From Candidatus Eiseniibacteriota bacterium (GTDB lineage Bacteria > Eisenbacteria > RBG-16-71-46): DNA of 64,000 bases. Below, in pieces: positions 38,741-49,244 of this stretch. The stretch is from NCBI GenBank assembly GCA_963707915.1, contig OY970178.1, forward strand, positions 1,568,001 through 1,632,000, read 5' to 3'. Numbering within the stretch: the first letter of the stretch is position 1; every line of letters begins with the position of its first letter. Under the pieces are notes generated by a model, which worked only from the letters and a program-made list of their open reading frames with translations, was not told where the DNA came from and did not search any database. Position numbers and translations under genes: made by a program.

Positions 38741-40291
38741 ATGCCGCTCAAGTCCCTGAAGATCAGCACCAAGATCGTCGCCCTGACGCAGGTCGCCCTC
38801 ACGGTCGCACTCGCGGTCGTGGTGTCGCTCTGCCTGGTGAACTTCGACAAGGAGCTCAGGCGCATCGCCACCGAGAACCAGCAGGTCCGACTGAAGGTCT
38901 TCTGGGCGCTGCTCGAGGCGAAGGGCGGCGAGTACCGGATCACGGACGAGAAGCTGATGGCCGGCGACTACGTGCTCAACGGCAACTACGAGCTCCCGGA
39001 CAAGGTGAAGGAACTCTGCGGCGGCACTGCCACCTTCTTCATGCGGGACGAGCGCGTCAGCACCAACGTGATGAAGGCGGACGGGACGCGCGCCGTCGGC
39101 ACCCGGCTCACCGGCCCCGCCTACGAGGCCATCTTCAAGGACAAGCGACCCTACCGGGGCGAGACCAAGATCCTGGGTGTGCCCTATTTCACCGCCTACG
39201 ACCCCATCAAGAACGCGCAGGGTGAGATCATCGGCGTGCTCTACGCGGGAGTGAAGAAGAGCGAGTTCTTCGCCTTCTACGACAAGCTGAGGCTGGACAT
39301 CCTGCTGATCTCGCTCTGCTTCGGCACGCTCATGGGAGTGGGCCTCTACCTGATGATCCGCCGGGTCTTCACGCGGCCGATCGAGCTGTTCGGCCGCAGA
39401 CTGCAGGACATCATCCGCGAGGGCGAGGTGGATCTGACGCGGCGGATGGACTTCGACCATGACGACGAGATCGGGCATTTGGCCAAGGTGTTCGACGGCT
39501 TCCTCGGGAGCCTGGAGAAGATCATCGCCCGGGTGAAGACCACCGCGGTGCACGTGGACGGAACCCTGGGCGAGGTCGCGACCATCTCGAACGCGACGCA
39601 GGAGCAGGCCTCGATGGTGGAGGAAGTGGCGGCGACCCTGGGACAGATGTCGCAGACCATCAGGGAGAACGCCGCCCAAACGGACCGGGGCAAGGAGATG
39701 GCCCGGACCTCGGCGGCCATGGCCAACGCCAGCGGTGAGGCCTCGCAGGAGCTCAGCGAGGCGATGAGCGAGATCTCCGAGTCGGCGAGGAAGATCGGCG
39801 ACATCATCGTCACCGTGAACGAGGTCGCCTTCCAGACGAACCTCCTCGCGCTCAACGCCGCCGTCGAGGCGGCGCGTGCCGGCGAGCACGGCCGGGGCTT
39901 CGCGGTCGTGGCCACGGAGGTGCGGACGCTGGCCCTGCGTTCCGCGGAGGCGGCCCGCGAGATCAAGCAGATCGTCGAGGAGACCACGAGCAAGGTCCAC
40001 ACCGGTGAGGGCATCGTGCGGAACTCGGTGGAGGGCTTGCGGCAGATGGTCATCCACATCAATGGTCTCTCTCAGACCATCGAAGGCATCGCCAGTGCGT
40101 CGGCCGAGCAGGCCGGAGCGGTGGACGAGGTGACCAGGACGATCACTCAGATCGACCAGGCCACGCAGCAGAACGCGGCCGCGATCGCGGAGCTCTCCGG
40201 CACGGCCGAGACCATGAAGGCCGAGGCGCGCACCCTCGCCCGGACGGCGAGCCTGTTCAGGGTCTCGGAGGGCGAGCGACTGGCCGCATAA
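38741..40291 (+). CDS. Methyl-accepting chemotaxis protein (Cache sensor, HAMP)
   Basis: Two TM helices, RVSTNV...RAVGT Cache motif, [37 protein letters not shown] hairpin. Confidence 0.93.
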   Translation: MPLKSLKISTKIVALTQVALTVALAVVVSLCLVNFDKELRRIATENQQVRLKVFWALLEAKGGEYRITDEKLMAGDYVLNGNYELPDKVKELCGGTATFFMRDERVSTNVMKADGTRAVGTRLTGPAYEAIFKDKRPYRGETKILGVPYFTAYDPIKNAQGEIIGVLYAGVKKSEFFAFYDKLRLDILLISLCFGTLMGVGLYLMIRRVFTRPIELFGRRLQDIIREGEVDLTRRMDFDHDDEIGHLAKVFDGFLGSLEKIIARVKTTAVHVDGTLGEVATISNATQEQASMVEEVAATLGQMSQTIRENAAQTDRGKEMARTSAAMANASGEASQELSEAMSEISESARKIGDIIVTVNEVAFQTNLLALNAAVEAARAGEHGRGFAVVATEVRTLALRSAEAAREIKQIVEETTSKVHTGEGIVRNSVEGLRQMVIHINGLSQTIEGIASASAEQAGAVDEVTRTITQIDQATQQNAAAIAELSGTAETMKAEARTLARTASLFRVSEGERLAA

Positions 40292-40329
40292 CGGAGATCG
40301 GCAGCACCAGGCTCCCGGACCTCAGACGC

Positions 40330-40363
40330 CTGCCGGGCGGTCCCCCCACGGGCCGCCCGGCAG
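40330..40363. terminator. GC-rich hairpin between convergent genes
   Basis: CTGCCGGGCGGTCC / GGGCCGCCCGGCAG 14-bp stem; weak U-tract. Confidence 0.5.
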
Positions 40364-40399
40364 TGTCTTCAACCCGGCATCGGGCCGCGGCCCGCCCGG

Positions 40400-41890
40400 T
40401 CACCCGCCGGGTCGGTACAGCCGGTTCGGCCGGCCCTCGGCCCACGGCCGGTAGCTCTGCGCGAAGCGCACGCGCTCCATCAGCGGCGCGTGGTCGTACT
40501 CGAAGATCTCCACGAACGGCGGGGGCTCGGGGTCCGAGCGGTTCTGCGCGCCGAGTTTCATGAAGGCGCTCGCGGCCGCGTCGTTCGCGTGCGTCAGCTC
40601 GAGCCCGAAGGTGTCGGCGTCGCGCTCGAGTCGGCGGGAGAAGGCGTTCGATCCGGGCTGGGCCAGGAACGAGAACAGCGTCAGCGCCACGACGAAGAGC
40701 GGCAGGGAGGCGATGTCGTGCAGCTCCTTGAATCCCCAGCGACCGCCCCAGCGCGCCACCGCCAGGCGCATCGACACCGCGCACAGCCAGAAGATCACGA
40801 AGCTCGCGCCGGTGACGAACAGGATTCCCCACCAGATGTGGTGCAGCCGGTAGTGCGCGGCCTCGTGGCCGACCACGAACAGGATCTCGTCGGCCGTCAT
40901 GCCCGCGAGGATGGTGTCCCACAGTACGATCCGCTGCGACGGCCCGAATCCGCTCACGTAGGCGCTGTACTTGCGGGTCTGCCGGCTCTTGTCCACCTGC
41001 AGGACGTGCCGGGCGGGCACGCCGGCCCGCTGCGCCACCTCGAGGATGCGGGCTTCCAGCTGCTTGTCCCGGAGCGGCGTGAAGCGGTTGGTGAGCGGCT
41101 CCACCAGCAGCGGCTGGATGAAGGTCCCGGCCACGACGACGGGCAGCGTGCCCAGCCCCAGCACCAGCCACCAGTGCCGCGGGAAGCGCCGAATCGGCGC
41201 GTAGGCGAGCTTGACCAGCGGCACCACGCCGAGCACGACCAGGGAGACGAGCACCGGCACGAGCTGCTCGAGGAACCACGGGCCGAAGCCCTGGTTCAGC
41301 AGCCCGTAGCGGCGCTCCAGCGCGAAGCCCTGGTAGAAGGCCAGCGGGAAGCCGAGCACGGAGGCCAGCGCGAGGTAGAGAGCGAGGTAGGCGAGCACCT
41401 GGACGTAGGCGTGGCGGCTCAGCCTGCGCGCCACGTCACGCATCCACGCCGAGAGCCCCGAGAAGAGGATGAAGAGCCCCACGAGGATCCCGTAGAGGGG
41501 CTCGATGAAACCGAGCGTGGCACGGGCGGTGGCGTAGGCGCGGTTCTGCGGCGTGAAGTTGGCGCGCACCTCGGCCACCAAGTCGCGCGGCGGCGGCGGT
41601 GTCACCACGGTCTTCGCCAGGCTGTCGGCCCGCGCCAGGCTGTCGGCCCGGGCCAGGCTGTCCACCAGCGCGCGTGTGCGCAGGTGCTGCAGCCAGGCCC
41701 GGTAGGCGCGGCGGGCGCTGTCGCGCGCGGCCGGCGGCCGCCGCTCGATCACGGAGCGGGCGGCGGGCACGACGCCGGCGGAGTCCGGCCGGGCGGATGA
41801 CGCGGACGGGACGAGAGCGGACCCCAGCAGCAGGCACAACGCGATCGGGACGAGGAGCGGAGCGGGGCGCGACGGTTGCTGCCGGAGCAT
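40400..41890 (-). CDS. M48 (Ste24/CaaX-like) membrane metalloprotease
   Basis: Multiple TM helices, GHEAAH, ERDAD, YDHAP..ER. Confidence 0.9.
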   Translation of the reverse strand: MLRQQPSRPAPLLVPIALCLLLGSALVPSASSARPDSAGVVPAARSVIERRPPAARDSARRAYRAWLQHLRTRALVDSLARADSLARADSLAKTVVTPPPPRDLVAEVRANFTPQNRAYATARATLGFIEPLYGILVGLFILFSGLSAWMRDVARRLSRHAYVQVLAYLALYLALASVLGFPLAFYQGFALERRYGLLNQGFGPWFLEQLVPVLVSLVVLGVVPLVKLAYAPIRRFPRHWWLVLGLGTLPVVVAGTFIQPLLVEPLTNRFTPLRDKQLEARILEVAQRAGVPARHVLQVDKSRQTRKYSAYVSGFGPSQRIVLWDTILAGMTADEILFVVGHEAAHYRLHHIWWGILFVTGASFVIFWLCAVSMRLAVARWGGRWGFKELHDIASLPLFVVALTLFSFLAQPGSNAFSRRLERDADTFGLELTHANDAAASAFMKLGAQNRSDPEPPPFVEIFEYDHAPLMERVRFAQSYRPWAEGRPNRLYRPGG

Positions 41891-41974
41891 GGCGGCCTCC
41901 CTGGGGATCCTGAACCCCCTCACTCTATCCGGCCGCGCGCGTCCTCCGCAATCCTCGCGGGGGCGATGGAACGG

Positions 41975-42916
41975 CTACCGGGCCAGGGCGACCCTGCGGA
42001 CGAAGACCGCGTCGCCGAGCCGGGCGCGGACCAGGTAGATGCCGCGCGGCAGCGGAACGCCCTGGCGGTCGCGCAGGTCCCAGGCCACGCCGCCCGGCCC
42101 CGCCTCGGCGGTGCCCTCGAGCAGCACCCGCACGCGCCGTCCGGAAAGGTCGAAGACCTCCACGCTCAGCTTCGCCGCGGCCGGCAGCACCCAGGCGAAG
42201 TTCGCGGCCCCGCGCGCCGGGTTGGGCCACGGCGCCGAGAACGACAGCCCCGAGGAGGGCGCGGCCACGGTCCGGAAGCTCCGCACGCTCGACCACGCGG
42301 CCGTCCCGCCGGCGCCGCTCGCCTGGACCCGCCAGTAGTAGGTCGAGTCGTTCGCCAGCCCGCCGACCGCGCACGAGGTCCCCGCGATCCCGCCCCGGTC
42401 CACCACCGGGACGACGAAGTCGGGCAGCGGCGCCACCTGCAGCCGGTAGCCGGTCGCGCCGGCCGCGACCTGCCAGGCCATCGTCGGCGCCGTCGCCACC
42501 TGCGTCGCCCCGTCCTCGGGCGACAACAGGGTCGCCGCCGCCGGGCCCAGGCTCACGCTCTGCGGCATGCGCGCGATCACGTTCGACATCGCCGACCAGT
42601 TGCCGGCCTGGTCCGCGGTCTTGATGGCGAGATAGCAGGTCACGCCTGCGGGGAGCCCATCGAGGACGTAGGTCTCCCGGCTGCCCGGACCGGCCGGCAC
42701 GGGCATGTTCGGGGCCGCGGTCGCCAGCAGGAAGTTCTCGGTGGTGATCATCTGCGCCGAGTAGCGCAGGTCGTAGCGGGCCGCCTGCCCGAAGAGGCTA
42801 TCGCGCCCCGGGGCGGTCCAGGTGAGGCTCACGAAGTCGGCCCTGGAGGAGTCGACCCACGTGAAGCTCGTGATCGTGATGGTGGCCAGGATGACCAGGA
42901 TGCGGTGCAAGGACAA
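41975..42916 (-). CDS. Secreted FnIII-like protein with FlgD-Ig/T9SS-like tail
   Basis: Signal peptide, LTWTAPG...YDLRY, YYWRV, PNP...FDLSGRR...GIYLVR. Confidence 0.75.
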   Translation of the reverse strand: MSLHRILVILATITITSFTWVDSSRADFVSLTWTAPGRDSLFGQAARYDLRYSAQMITTENFLLATAAPNMPVPAGPGSRETYVLDGLPAGVTCYLAIKTADQAGNWSAMSNVIARMPQSVSLGPAAATLLSPEDGATQVATAPTMAWQVAAGATGYRLQVAPLPDFVVPVVDRGGIAGTSCAVGGLANDSTYYWRVQASGAGGTAAWSSVRSFRTVAAPSSGLSFSAPWPNPARGAANFAWVLPAAAKLSVEVFDLSGRRVRVLLEGTAEAGPGGVAWDLRDRQGVPLPRGIYLVRARLGDAVFVRRVALAR

Positions 42917-43352
42917 CGAATCTCCGTTCCTTGGAAATCAGCGAGGCAGCCGTGCCCCGCGGCCATGGGGACCGATTCGCTTTCGTGTGGCCCGAAACGC
43001 CCTGACGCAGAACCGCGGATCGCACTTGCCGAGGCGCTTCCCGGTCGGAGCGCGCTCGTCGATCGTCGGTCTCGGTTACGACTCGCAGGTCCGGAACACC
43101 AGAGAGGCTGTTCCGGGGACCGACACGAAAGGTCTTCCGCAATTGATAACCCATGCGGGGGGTGGAGTTCCAGCGGAATATCGGCCCGTCGGCAGATCCC
43201 GCGATAGTTGTCGTGAGGACCGACAGTCGACGGTTCCTGCCACCGGCCCGGCCTGCCACGGCCGGCAAGCGAGCTCGGCCGCTCCGTGGGACGAAGCTTC
43301 CGTCCCCATCGCCTCGAGGAAGGAGAGCCCCGGCAAGCCCGGACGAGGCCGG

Positions 43353-44819
43353 TCACCGCGCCGACAGGGCGCCGGCGCGGGTGCCCGGCAGGACCACCAG
43401 GCGGCGGGTGGCGCTCGCCCGAGCTGTCGAAACGCGAACAAGATAGACGCCGGCGGGCACCCGCCCTCCGGCACCGTCCACGAGGTGCCAGTCGAGCGAC
43501 GTGGCCCCCGCGGCGAACCGCTCGTCCGCCAGGGAACGCACCCGCCGCCCCGCCAGGTCGAAGACCTCGACGCGGACCGGGCCCGCCTCGGCGACCGTGA
43601 TCTCCAGGTGGGCGACGTCCCGCGCCGGGTTGGGGGCCGGGCGCCCCAGTGCGACCACGGCGCCGCCGGAGGCGGGAGGAGCCTCCTGACCCTCCGGGTC
43701 GAAGACGACCTGGACCGGCGGCAGTCCGGTCGCGAGCGGCCCGGCGAGGCACGTGTCGCTGCCGGCCTCGAACACGACGAGCCCCGGGGTGGTGTAGCTG
43801 CTGTTGCACACGTAGAGGTCGCCCCGCCCGTCGAGCGCCGCATCCGAAAGACTGTAGCCGCCCGGCGCGTAGAGGGTGGCGAGCCGGCTGCCGGTCTCGG
43901 CGTCCCAGGAGACCAGGCTCGTGTTGCCGGCGGCATCGCTCACGATCGCGTACGGGTGTCCCCTGCCGTCCGCGACCACGGCCAGCACGTCCCCGCCCAG
44001 CGCTTGCTCGCTGATCGCCTGCCGCGCGCTGCGGATGGCGCCGGGCGGCCCGTCCGCTGCCGGGACCACGATGTCGTCGACTCCGCCGTCCCACGCGCCC
44101 CAGCGCCCCGAACAACCGATGTAGAGGTGCGATTCCTGCTGCGGGCCCGCGCCGGGGAGCACGGCGAATTCGGTGCCCGGGTTCAGGCCGCGCAACTTCA
44201 CCACCTGCGTGCCGGGGGTGAACGGGTCCGCGTCGTAGACGGTGTCCGCCAGCATGTCCACCACCACGACCAGCCCGGTGTCGGCCGCGACGAAGTTCGC
44301 GAGCCGCCCGAGCGCGACGAAGAGCAGGTCCCCCACCACGGCCAGGTGAGCGGCCTCGGGGTTGCCGTCCGCGTCGGCCCACGCGGCGAGCGGGACGACA
44401 CCGAGCGCCTGGCCGGTGGAGGGATCCACGATCAGCAGGTCCGGCGACCCGAGCCGCGATACGTAGGCCTTCGAGGGCGAGGCGAAGGCGATGTCCTGCG
44501 GGTTCGTGCCGTTGCCCACGGAGAACTGCCGCACGGTGGCATAGTCCTGCGACGGGTCGATGACCTGGACGTTGTCGTAGCCGTAGCGATTCACGACGTA
44601 GATCAACCCGCGGTAGCAGCGCGCCATCGGGTCGGCCGAGACGACGGCCACGTCGCGGGTGATCGCGCGGGTCGCGAGATCCACCACGCCCAGCGTGCCG
44701 CTGGTGTAGTCGGTCGAGAGGACGTAGCCCCGGGTCGCCACGGCGTGGGCCGGCGAGGCCAGCGCGATCAGCACGGGAAGCAGGGCGAGGCACGACAGAT
44801 CGGCTCGGGACATGTTCAT
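43353..44819 (-). CDS. Secreted YncE-like beta-propeller (BtuG-like) with FlgD-Ig/T9SS-like tail
   Basis: SPI-type signal (…SPAHA), repeats IYVVNR / NPQDIAF..KAYVS, and a C-terminal PNP...FDLAGRR tail. ATGA overlap with the receptor stop. Confidence 0.75.
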   Translation of the reverse strand: MNMSRADLSCLALLPVLIALASPAHAVATRGYVLSTDYTSGTLGVVDLATRAITRDVAVVSADPMARCYRGLIYVVNRYGYDNVQVIDPSQDYATVRQFSVGNGTNPQDIAFASPSKAYVSRLGSPDLLIVDPSTGQALGVVPLAAWADADGNPEAAHLAVVGDLLFVALGRLANFVAADTGLVVVVDMLADTVYDADPFTPGTQVVKLRGLNPGTEFAVLPGAGPQQESHLYIGCSGRWGAWDGGVDDIVVPAADGPPGAIRSARQAISEQALGGDVLAVVADGRGHPYAIVSDAAGNTSLVSWDAETGSRLATLYAPGGYSLSDAALDGRGDLYVCNSSYTTPGLVVFEAGSDTCLAGPLATGLPPVQVVFDPEGQEAPPASGGAVVALGRPAPNPARDVAHLEITVAEAGPVRVEVFDLAGRRVRSLADERFAAGATSLDWHLVDGAGGRVPAGVYLVRVSTARASATRRLVVLPGTRAGALSAR

Positions 44820-46930
44820 GGCTCCGTGGGATGGCCTGCGCCAGCGGCCAGCCGCCAGGTGCAGCCGAGGAAGACGCTCCGGCCGGGCAGCGGGAAGCCG
44901 CCCACGTCCACGGCACGGTCGTCCAGGAGGTTCTTGCCTTCGAGGGTCAGCCGCAGGGCGGACCGGAAGGGCGCGAACGAAAGCGACGCGCCGGCCAGCC
45001 GGCGCTCGGCCACGCGTTGGAGATTGTAGGGATCGAGCAGGTTGTCGCCGATCAGCTCCAACTCGGCGCCCGCCCTCAGTCCCGCACGGCCCGGCGCGCG
45101 CCACTCGAGCCGGGCGCGGCCCTGGTGCGACGGCCGGCCGGGCAGGCGCTTGCCCACCCAGAACTCGGGCAGCGGACCCAGGTTGATCGCCGACTGCCAT
45201 GACCACGCCGCCGCCAGCGACAGTCCCCGGGGCAGCTCGAGCCGCATGCTCCATTCCTCGCCGCGGATGCGTGCGCGGCCGAAGTTCTGCGCCTTCATGC
45301 TGCTCGCCGAGCTCCTCACGAAGGCCACGAGGTCGCGAGCGTCGGAGCGGAAGCGCGCCCACTCGAGGGCGCCCTCGACCCGACCGACGCGGCCGCGCCA
45401 GGCCGCGCCCGCGTCGCGGTTCTCCGCGAACTCGGGACGCAGCCCCGGGTTGCCGGTCACGCCGCCCTGGTCGCCGAAGAGCTCGACGAAGCCGGGCGCG
45501 CGGCTCGCCCGGGCCCAGTTGGCGCGGACCTCGAGCCCGCGGCCCAGGTCGAGGCGGGCGCCGAGCTGCGGGGAATCGAGGACCCGCACGACGTCGGTGC
45601 TCGCGAGCGCGCCGGCAAGAGCGAGCGAGCGCAGGTGGTCCTCGATACGGTCCCAGCGCCGCGCGGCGTGCAGCACGAGCCGCCCGTCGGGCGTGCGCAG
45701 CTGGAGGCCCGTCATGGCGCCGCGGGCGAGTCGCCGGCTCGGCGGGGGATCGGGCAGTCCGTCGGCCGCGTCGCCGAGGTTCGCGCGCTCGCGCCCCAGC
45801 GAGCCGGCGCACTCGAGCGCCAGCCAGGGGACGGGACGGGCCCAGGCCAACGAGAGCGCGAGCCGCCCGGCCCCGGTGCGCTCGTCGGTGTCGTGCCGGC
45901 CCGTCCCGAGCTCCCCGCGGTCGGCGAGCCGCGTGTCGCGAAAGCGCGAGCGCTCGCGATCCGACGAGAACCGCAGGGTGGCGCGCGGGATGGGCCCGGC
46001 GCCGGCGCGCTCGACCTCAAGGAGACCCAGGGCCCGCAGGAAGGCGAGCCGCGCCCCGAGCGCCGGGTCGGCGCCGAGTCCGGGGAGGCCTTGCGCCTTG
46101 CGGAAGAGCTCACCGCGCGCGCGCACCCGCAGCTCGCGGCGCGGATGCCAGCCCAGGCTCCCGAGCGCGCTCCACGAGTCGAAGCGGTTGTTGCGCCGGG
46201 TCTTGATGCTGTCGTCGGCGGCGTTGTAGCCGGTGGCATCGTCGTCGAGGTAGCGATAGTCGCCGGCCGAGCCCTGGTAGCCCGCGTGCAGGAGCAGGTC
46301 GAACGGGCCGCGCTCGAACCCGGCGCTCCCGCGGCCCTCCCAGGTCGCGAACGAGCCGCGGGCCACGTGGAACTCGCGCAGGCCGGGCGAGGAGGCGGTG
46401 ACCAGGTTGATGGCCCCGCCCGGAGACGCGACCCCCAGGCCCAGTGGCCCGAGACCGCGGAAGACCTCGACCCGCTCGATGGCGGTCCCGGGCAGGTCAC
46501 CCAGGCTCACCACGCCGTGGGCCGCGGAGGTAAGCGGCACCCCGTCGAGGTAGATCGTGACCTGCCCGGGCGCGGCGCCGCGCAGCGACACGGTGCTGAA
46601 GGAGCCGAGGCCGCCGTACTGCGTGACGTGCACGCCCACGGCCTGCGAGAGCAGTTCCGAGACGCTCTCGAGCGCGCGGGTCGAGGCGTTGGCGCGCAGT
46701 TCGGTGACGAACGCGGTGGGCAGCAGCCGGCGCGCCTCCGAGAGCGCGCGCTCGCGCTCGACCCGCACCTCGGGGAGCACGGTGACGGTGTCCGCGACCG
46801 TCGCCCGGCGCGCGGGGGCGGACCGGGGCGAGAGCACGCCCCCCGGCCGCAGGTCGCTGCGGATCGCGCGGGCGGGACGCGAATCGCCCCCGGCGAGCAG
46901 GAAGAGGACGGCCAGGCCCTGGACGATCAC
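44816..46930 (-). CDS. btuB: TonB-dependent receptor, probably for cobalamin
   Basis: Plug motifs SLRG, IYLDGVP, IERVEVFRG, GGAINLVT and C-terminal NLLD...PGRS. Lies downstream of a B12 riboswitch. Confidence 0.85.
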   Translation of the reverse strand: MIVQGLAVLFLLAGGDSRPARAIRSDLRPGGVLSPRSAPARRATVADTVTVLPEVRVERERALSEARRLLPTAFVTELRANASTRALESVSELLSQAVGVHVTQYGGLGSFSTVSLRGAAPGQVTIYLDGVPLTSAAHGVVSLGDLPGTAIERVEVFRGLGPLGLGVASPGGAINLVTASSPGLREFHVARGSFATWEGRGSAGFERGPFDLLLHAGYQGSAGDYRYLDDDATGYNAADDSIKTRRNNRFDSWSALGSLGWHPRRELRVRARGELFRKAQGLPGLGADPALGARLAFLRALGLLEVERAGAGPIPRATLRFSSDRERSRFRDTRLADRGELGTGRHDTDERTGAGRLALSLAWARPVPWLALECAGSLGRERANLGDAADGLPDPPPSRRLARGAMTGLQLRTPDGRLVLHAARRWDRIEDHLRSLALAGALASTDVVRVLDSPQLGARLDLGRGLEVRANWARASRAPGFVELFGDQGGVTGNPGLRPEFAENRDAGAAWRGRVGRVEGALEWARFRSDARDLVAFVRSSASSMKAQNFGRARIRGEEWSMRLELPRGLSLAAAWSWQSAINLGPLPEFWVGKRLPGRPSHQGRARLEWRAPGRAGLRAGAELELIGDNLLDPYNLQRVAERRLAGASLSFAPFRSALRLTLEGKNLLDDRAVDVGGFPLPGRSVFLGCTWRLAAGAGHPTEP

Positions 46931-47095
46931 GGCGTCACCCGCGCCCCAATCGAACAGCCCCGCCCCGGGAGGACTCCACCGGAAACGGGGCCGCGCGGAC
47001 GCCGTTCCCCGCGGATGCTCTCCGACGAAGCATCACGGGCTGCACCCGCCCTCTTCCGGTGCGCGTCGGGCGCGCCGGTCGATGCGGGTCGTTGC

Positions 47096-47255
47096 CTCCG
47101 GGCAGGTTTCCTGACTCAGGGCTGCTGCAGGGCCTCGCCTTCCCAGCCCGCAGGCCAGTGGCATTCGAGACCCGGTGTGCCCATCACAGTGGCGGGACCG
47201 TGGGGGCTTCTCACCCCCCTTCCCTCTTAGCCGCGCGCTGCGGCACCCGGAAGAC
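47096..47255 (-). ncRNA. Cobalamin riboswitch
   Basis: Minus strand reads GGTGCC...AAGAGGGAA...CCCGCCACTGTGA...GCCACTG...GGGAAGGCG...GAGTCAGGAAACCTGCC (B12 box). Confidence 0.93.
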
Positions 47256-47442
47256 TGCGTGCGGACACTGCCCCGCGCCACGGCGGCTGTCAAGCGCGGC
47301 GAACGGTCTCTTGGACTGCACGACTGACAGTGGGCCTGCTGCACCCACTGGCCGCGGCACTCCGATTCCGAGCGTATGAGGCGAGGAGGCCCGCAACACC
47401 CTGACGGGCTGAGACCTCCCCCTGGAGATCAGCGAGCGGCCC

Positions 47443-48354
47443 TCACCGCGTCACGATGAACCGCCGCACCGCCGACTGTCGGCCGAAGCGGAGTTCGGCG
47501 ATGTAGAACCCGGGTGGCAACCGCGCGCCCGAGCGGCTGCGCATCTCCCAGTCCACGCTGCCAGGACCTGGCGGGCGCGGCCCCTTGAGTGGCTCTGCCA
47601 GAAGTCGACCTGCCACATCGTAGACACGGAGCTCGACCTGGCCAGCCGAGGGCAGGTCGAAGGCGAAGAGCGCCCGATTATGCGCCGGATTGGGGGCGAT
47701 CGAGGAGAAGCGCACGCGGTCGCCGGATCCGGGCGACATCGGGACTCCGACCACCGTGCCGTCGACCAGCAGGGTATCCGGCGCGACGAAGGTGAGCGGG
47801 TAGAACGTGAACAACTCGCCCCCCGGGACGCCCGTCACGTCGAGCGACGCGATGGTGTTGGTGCCGAGCGGATCCTCCGTGGGCACGCGAGGGTCTTCAT
47901 TCTCGTTGAGGTAGTAGAGGGCAAACTCTGTCGGGGCGGCATCCCCTTGAGCGGCCTGCTCGCTCAGGTCGAGGTCACAGTCAAACTGGGTGATGGTCTC
48001 GAGCAGTAGGTTGAGTTCGGAGTAGAACGCGCCACCGACCAGGACGGTCGTGTCCGCGGGGTTGGCTCCGCTGAGCAGCTTCCCCATCGGTGGGCCGCCG
48101 ACCGTGCTCGTCACCTTACCCGTGCCATCGTGCGTGGCATTCAGGATCGTGAGCGTGTTCGCAGAGTCCGAGCAAGTGAGGGCGAACACGAGCCGCTGGG
48201 AGATTTCGGGCACCGCCCGCACGCGAAGGTGGTAGCGCGTCGTTGCCACTGCAGACGACCCGCCCAGCGAGAGAATGGCCATGGAAACCATGAAGAGCCG
48301 GGCCAGGAGCCAAGTCCCGGCCGAACCCCGTACGGTCTCTTGAATCCGGCTCAT
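47443..48354 (-). CDS. Secreted protein with FlgD-Ig/T9SS-like tail
   Basis: Signal peptide; PNP...YDVAGR...PGFYIAELR tail. Confidence 0.75.
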   Translation of the reverse strand: MSRIQETVRGSAGTWLLARLFMVSMAILSLGGSSAVATTRYHLRVRAVPEISQRLVFALTCSDSANTLTILNATHDGTGKVTSTVGGPPMGKLLSGANPADTTVLVGGAFYSELNLLLETITQFDCDLDLSEQAAQGDAAPTEFALYYLNENEDPRVPTEDPLGTNTIASLDVTGVPGGELFTFYPLTFVAPDTLLVDGTVVGVPMSPGSGDRVRFSSIAPNPAHNRALFAFDLPSAGQVELRVYDVAGRLLAEPLKGPRPPGPGSVDWEMRSRSGARLPPGFYIAELRFGRQSAVRRFIVTR

Positions 48355-49244
48355 CTCGTTCCAGGCCCTGCGAACACCTGGGGCTGAACCCGGACCCGGT
48401 CCATGGAGGGGTTCTTGATGTGCAGCGTGACGTCCACGTGAGCGCCAGGTGCCAGGCCCCCACTGCCGGTCGGCAGGGTCAGATAGGCCTCACCACCCGG
48501 TTCGATGGCACAAGTCCAGCCTTCCTCGCCGACCAGTTCGACATTCTCACCGATGATACCCGGGAGCAGCGTGACAGGTGCTTGGAGAGTGACGCCGGAG
48601 GTGTTTGTCACCCGTACGCGGGCTGCGTACTGGTCCGACTTTCGAACCTGGCGGAACCCGCCGCATTTCACAGAAACGCCCTGGGTCACCTCTGCCGGAG
48701 GGTTATCGTAGAGGAGGCTCATTCTGCAGCCGCATTCCGTGGTCAATCGCAACGCATTCGCGTCGTCCGAGAATGCTGATTGCATCTTTGCGATCAACAG
48801 TCGGCCATTCGTTTCGTCAACGATGGACTCGAACACCCGGGTGCCACCGAACGTCTTGAGCATCGCGAAGGACACGTAGCCGCTGGAGTCTACCCCGCCA
48901 TCAGTGACCCCGGCGAGCGTCCCCACGCTGTCAATCATCGCGTTAAGCAGATCTGGTGCGACCCGGAATGTTGTCGAGGCGAAATCGTAATACGGGCTGA
49001 ACTCGGTCCGCCGGAACGGCCTGAATACGTACGGATCCACGACGTTCGGTGCACAGGAGAAAGCGAGGCTTCCCACCGGGGAGTCACTGGGTCCCAAGTA
49101 CGTGATCTTCACCTGTACCGTCGCCAGCTCAGTCGGAGACAGGGCCTGGAATTCCGAAAAGAGCGCAAACGTCTGAGCTACTGCGGTGGTCGACAGAATC
49201 CCCGCGAGCGACAGCGACAGGACCGTTCGAATCAACGTGGACAT
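48351..49244 (-). CDS. Hypothetical secreted protein
   Basis: MSTLIRTVLSLSLAGILSTTAVA signal peptide, GGGAGG RBS, ATGA coupling to the next gene. Confidence 0.7.
   Translation of the reverse strand: MSTLIRTVLSLSLAGILSTTAVAQTFALFSEFQALSPTELATVQVKITYLGPSDSPVGSLAFSCAPNVVDPYVFRPFRRTEFSPYYDFASTTFRVAPDLLNAMIDSVGTLAGVTDGGVDSSGYVSFAMLKTFGGTRVFESIVDETNGRLLIAKMQSAFSDDANALRLTTECGCRMSLLYDNPPAEVTQGVSVKCGGFRQVRKSDQYAARVRVTNTSGVTLQAPVTLLPGIIGENVELVGEEGWTCAIEPGGEAYLTLPTGSGGLAPGAHVDVTLHIKNPSMDRVRVQPQVFAGPGTR

Noticed and set aside
41615..41665. 18-bp tandem repeat
   Set aside because: Encodes a low-complexity (A/V)DSLA(R/K) linker within the M48 protease.
42917..43352. Long intergenic leader as a possible c-di-GMP or c-di-AMP riboswitch
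   Set aside because: I could not find the conserved aptamer motifs by eye; an Rfam scan would settle it.
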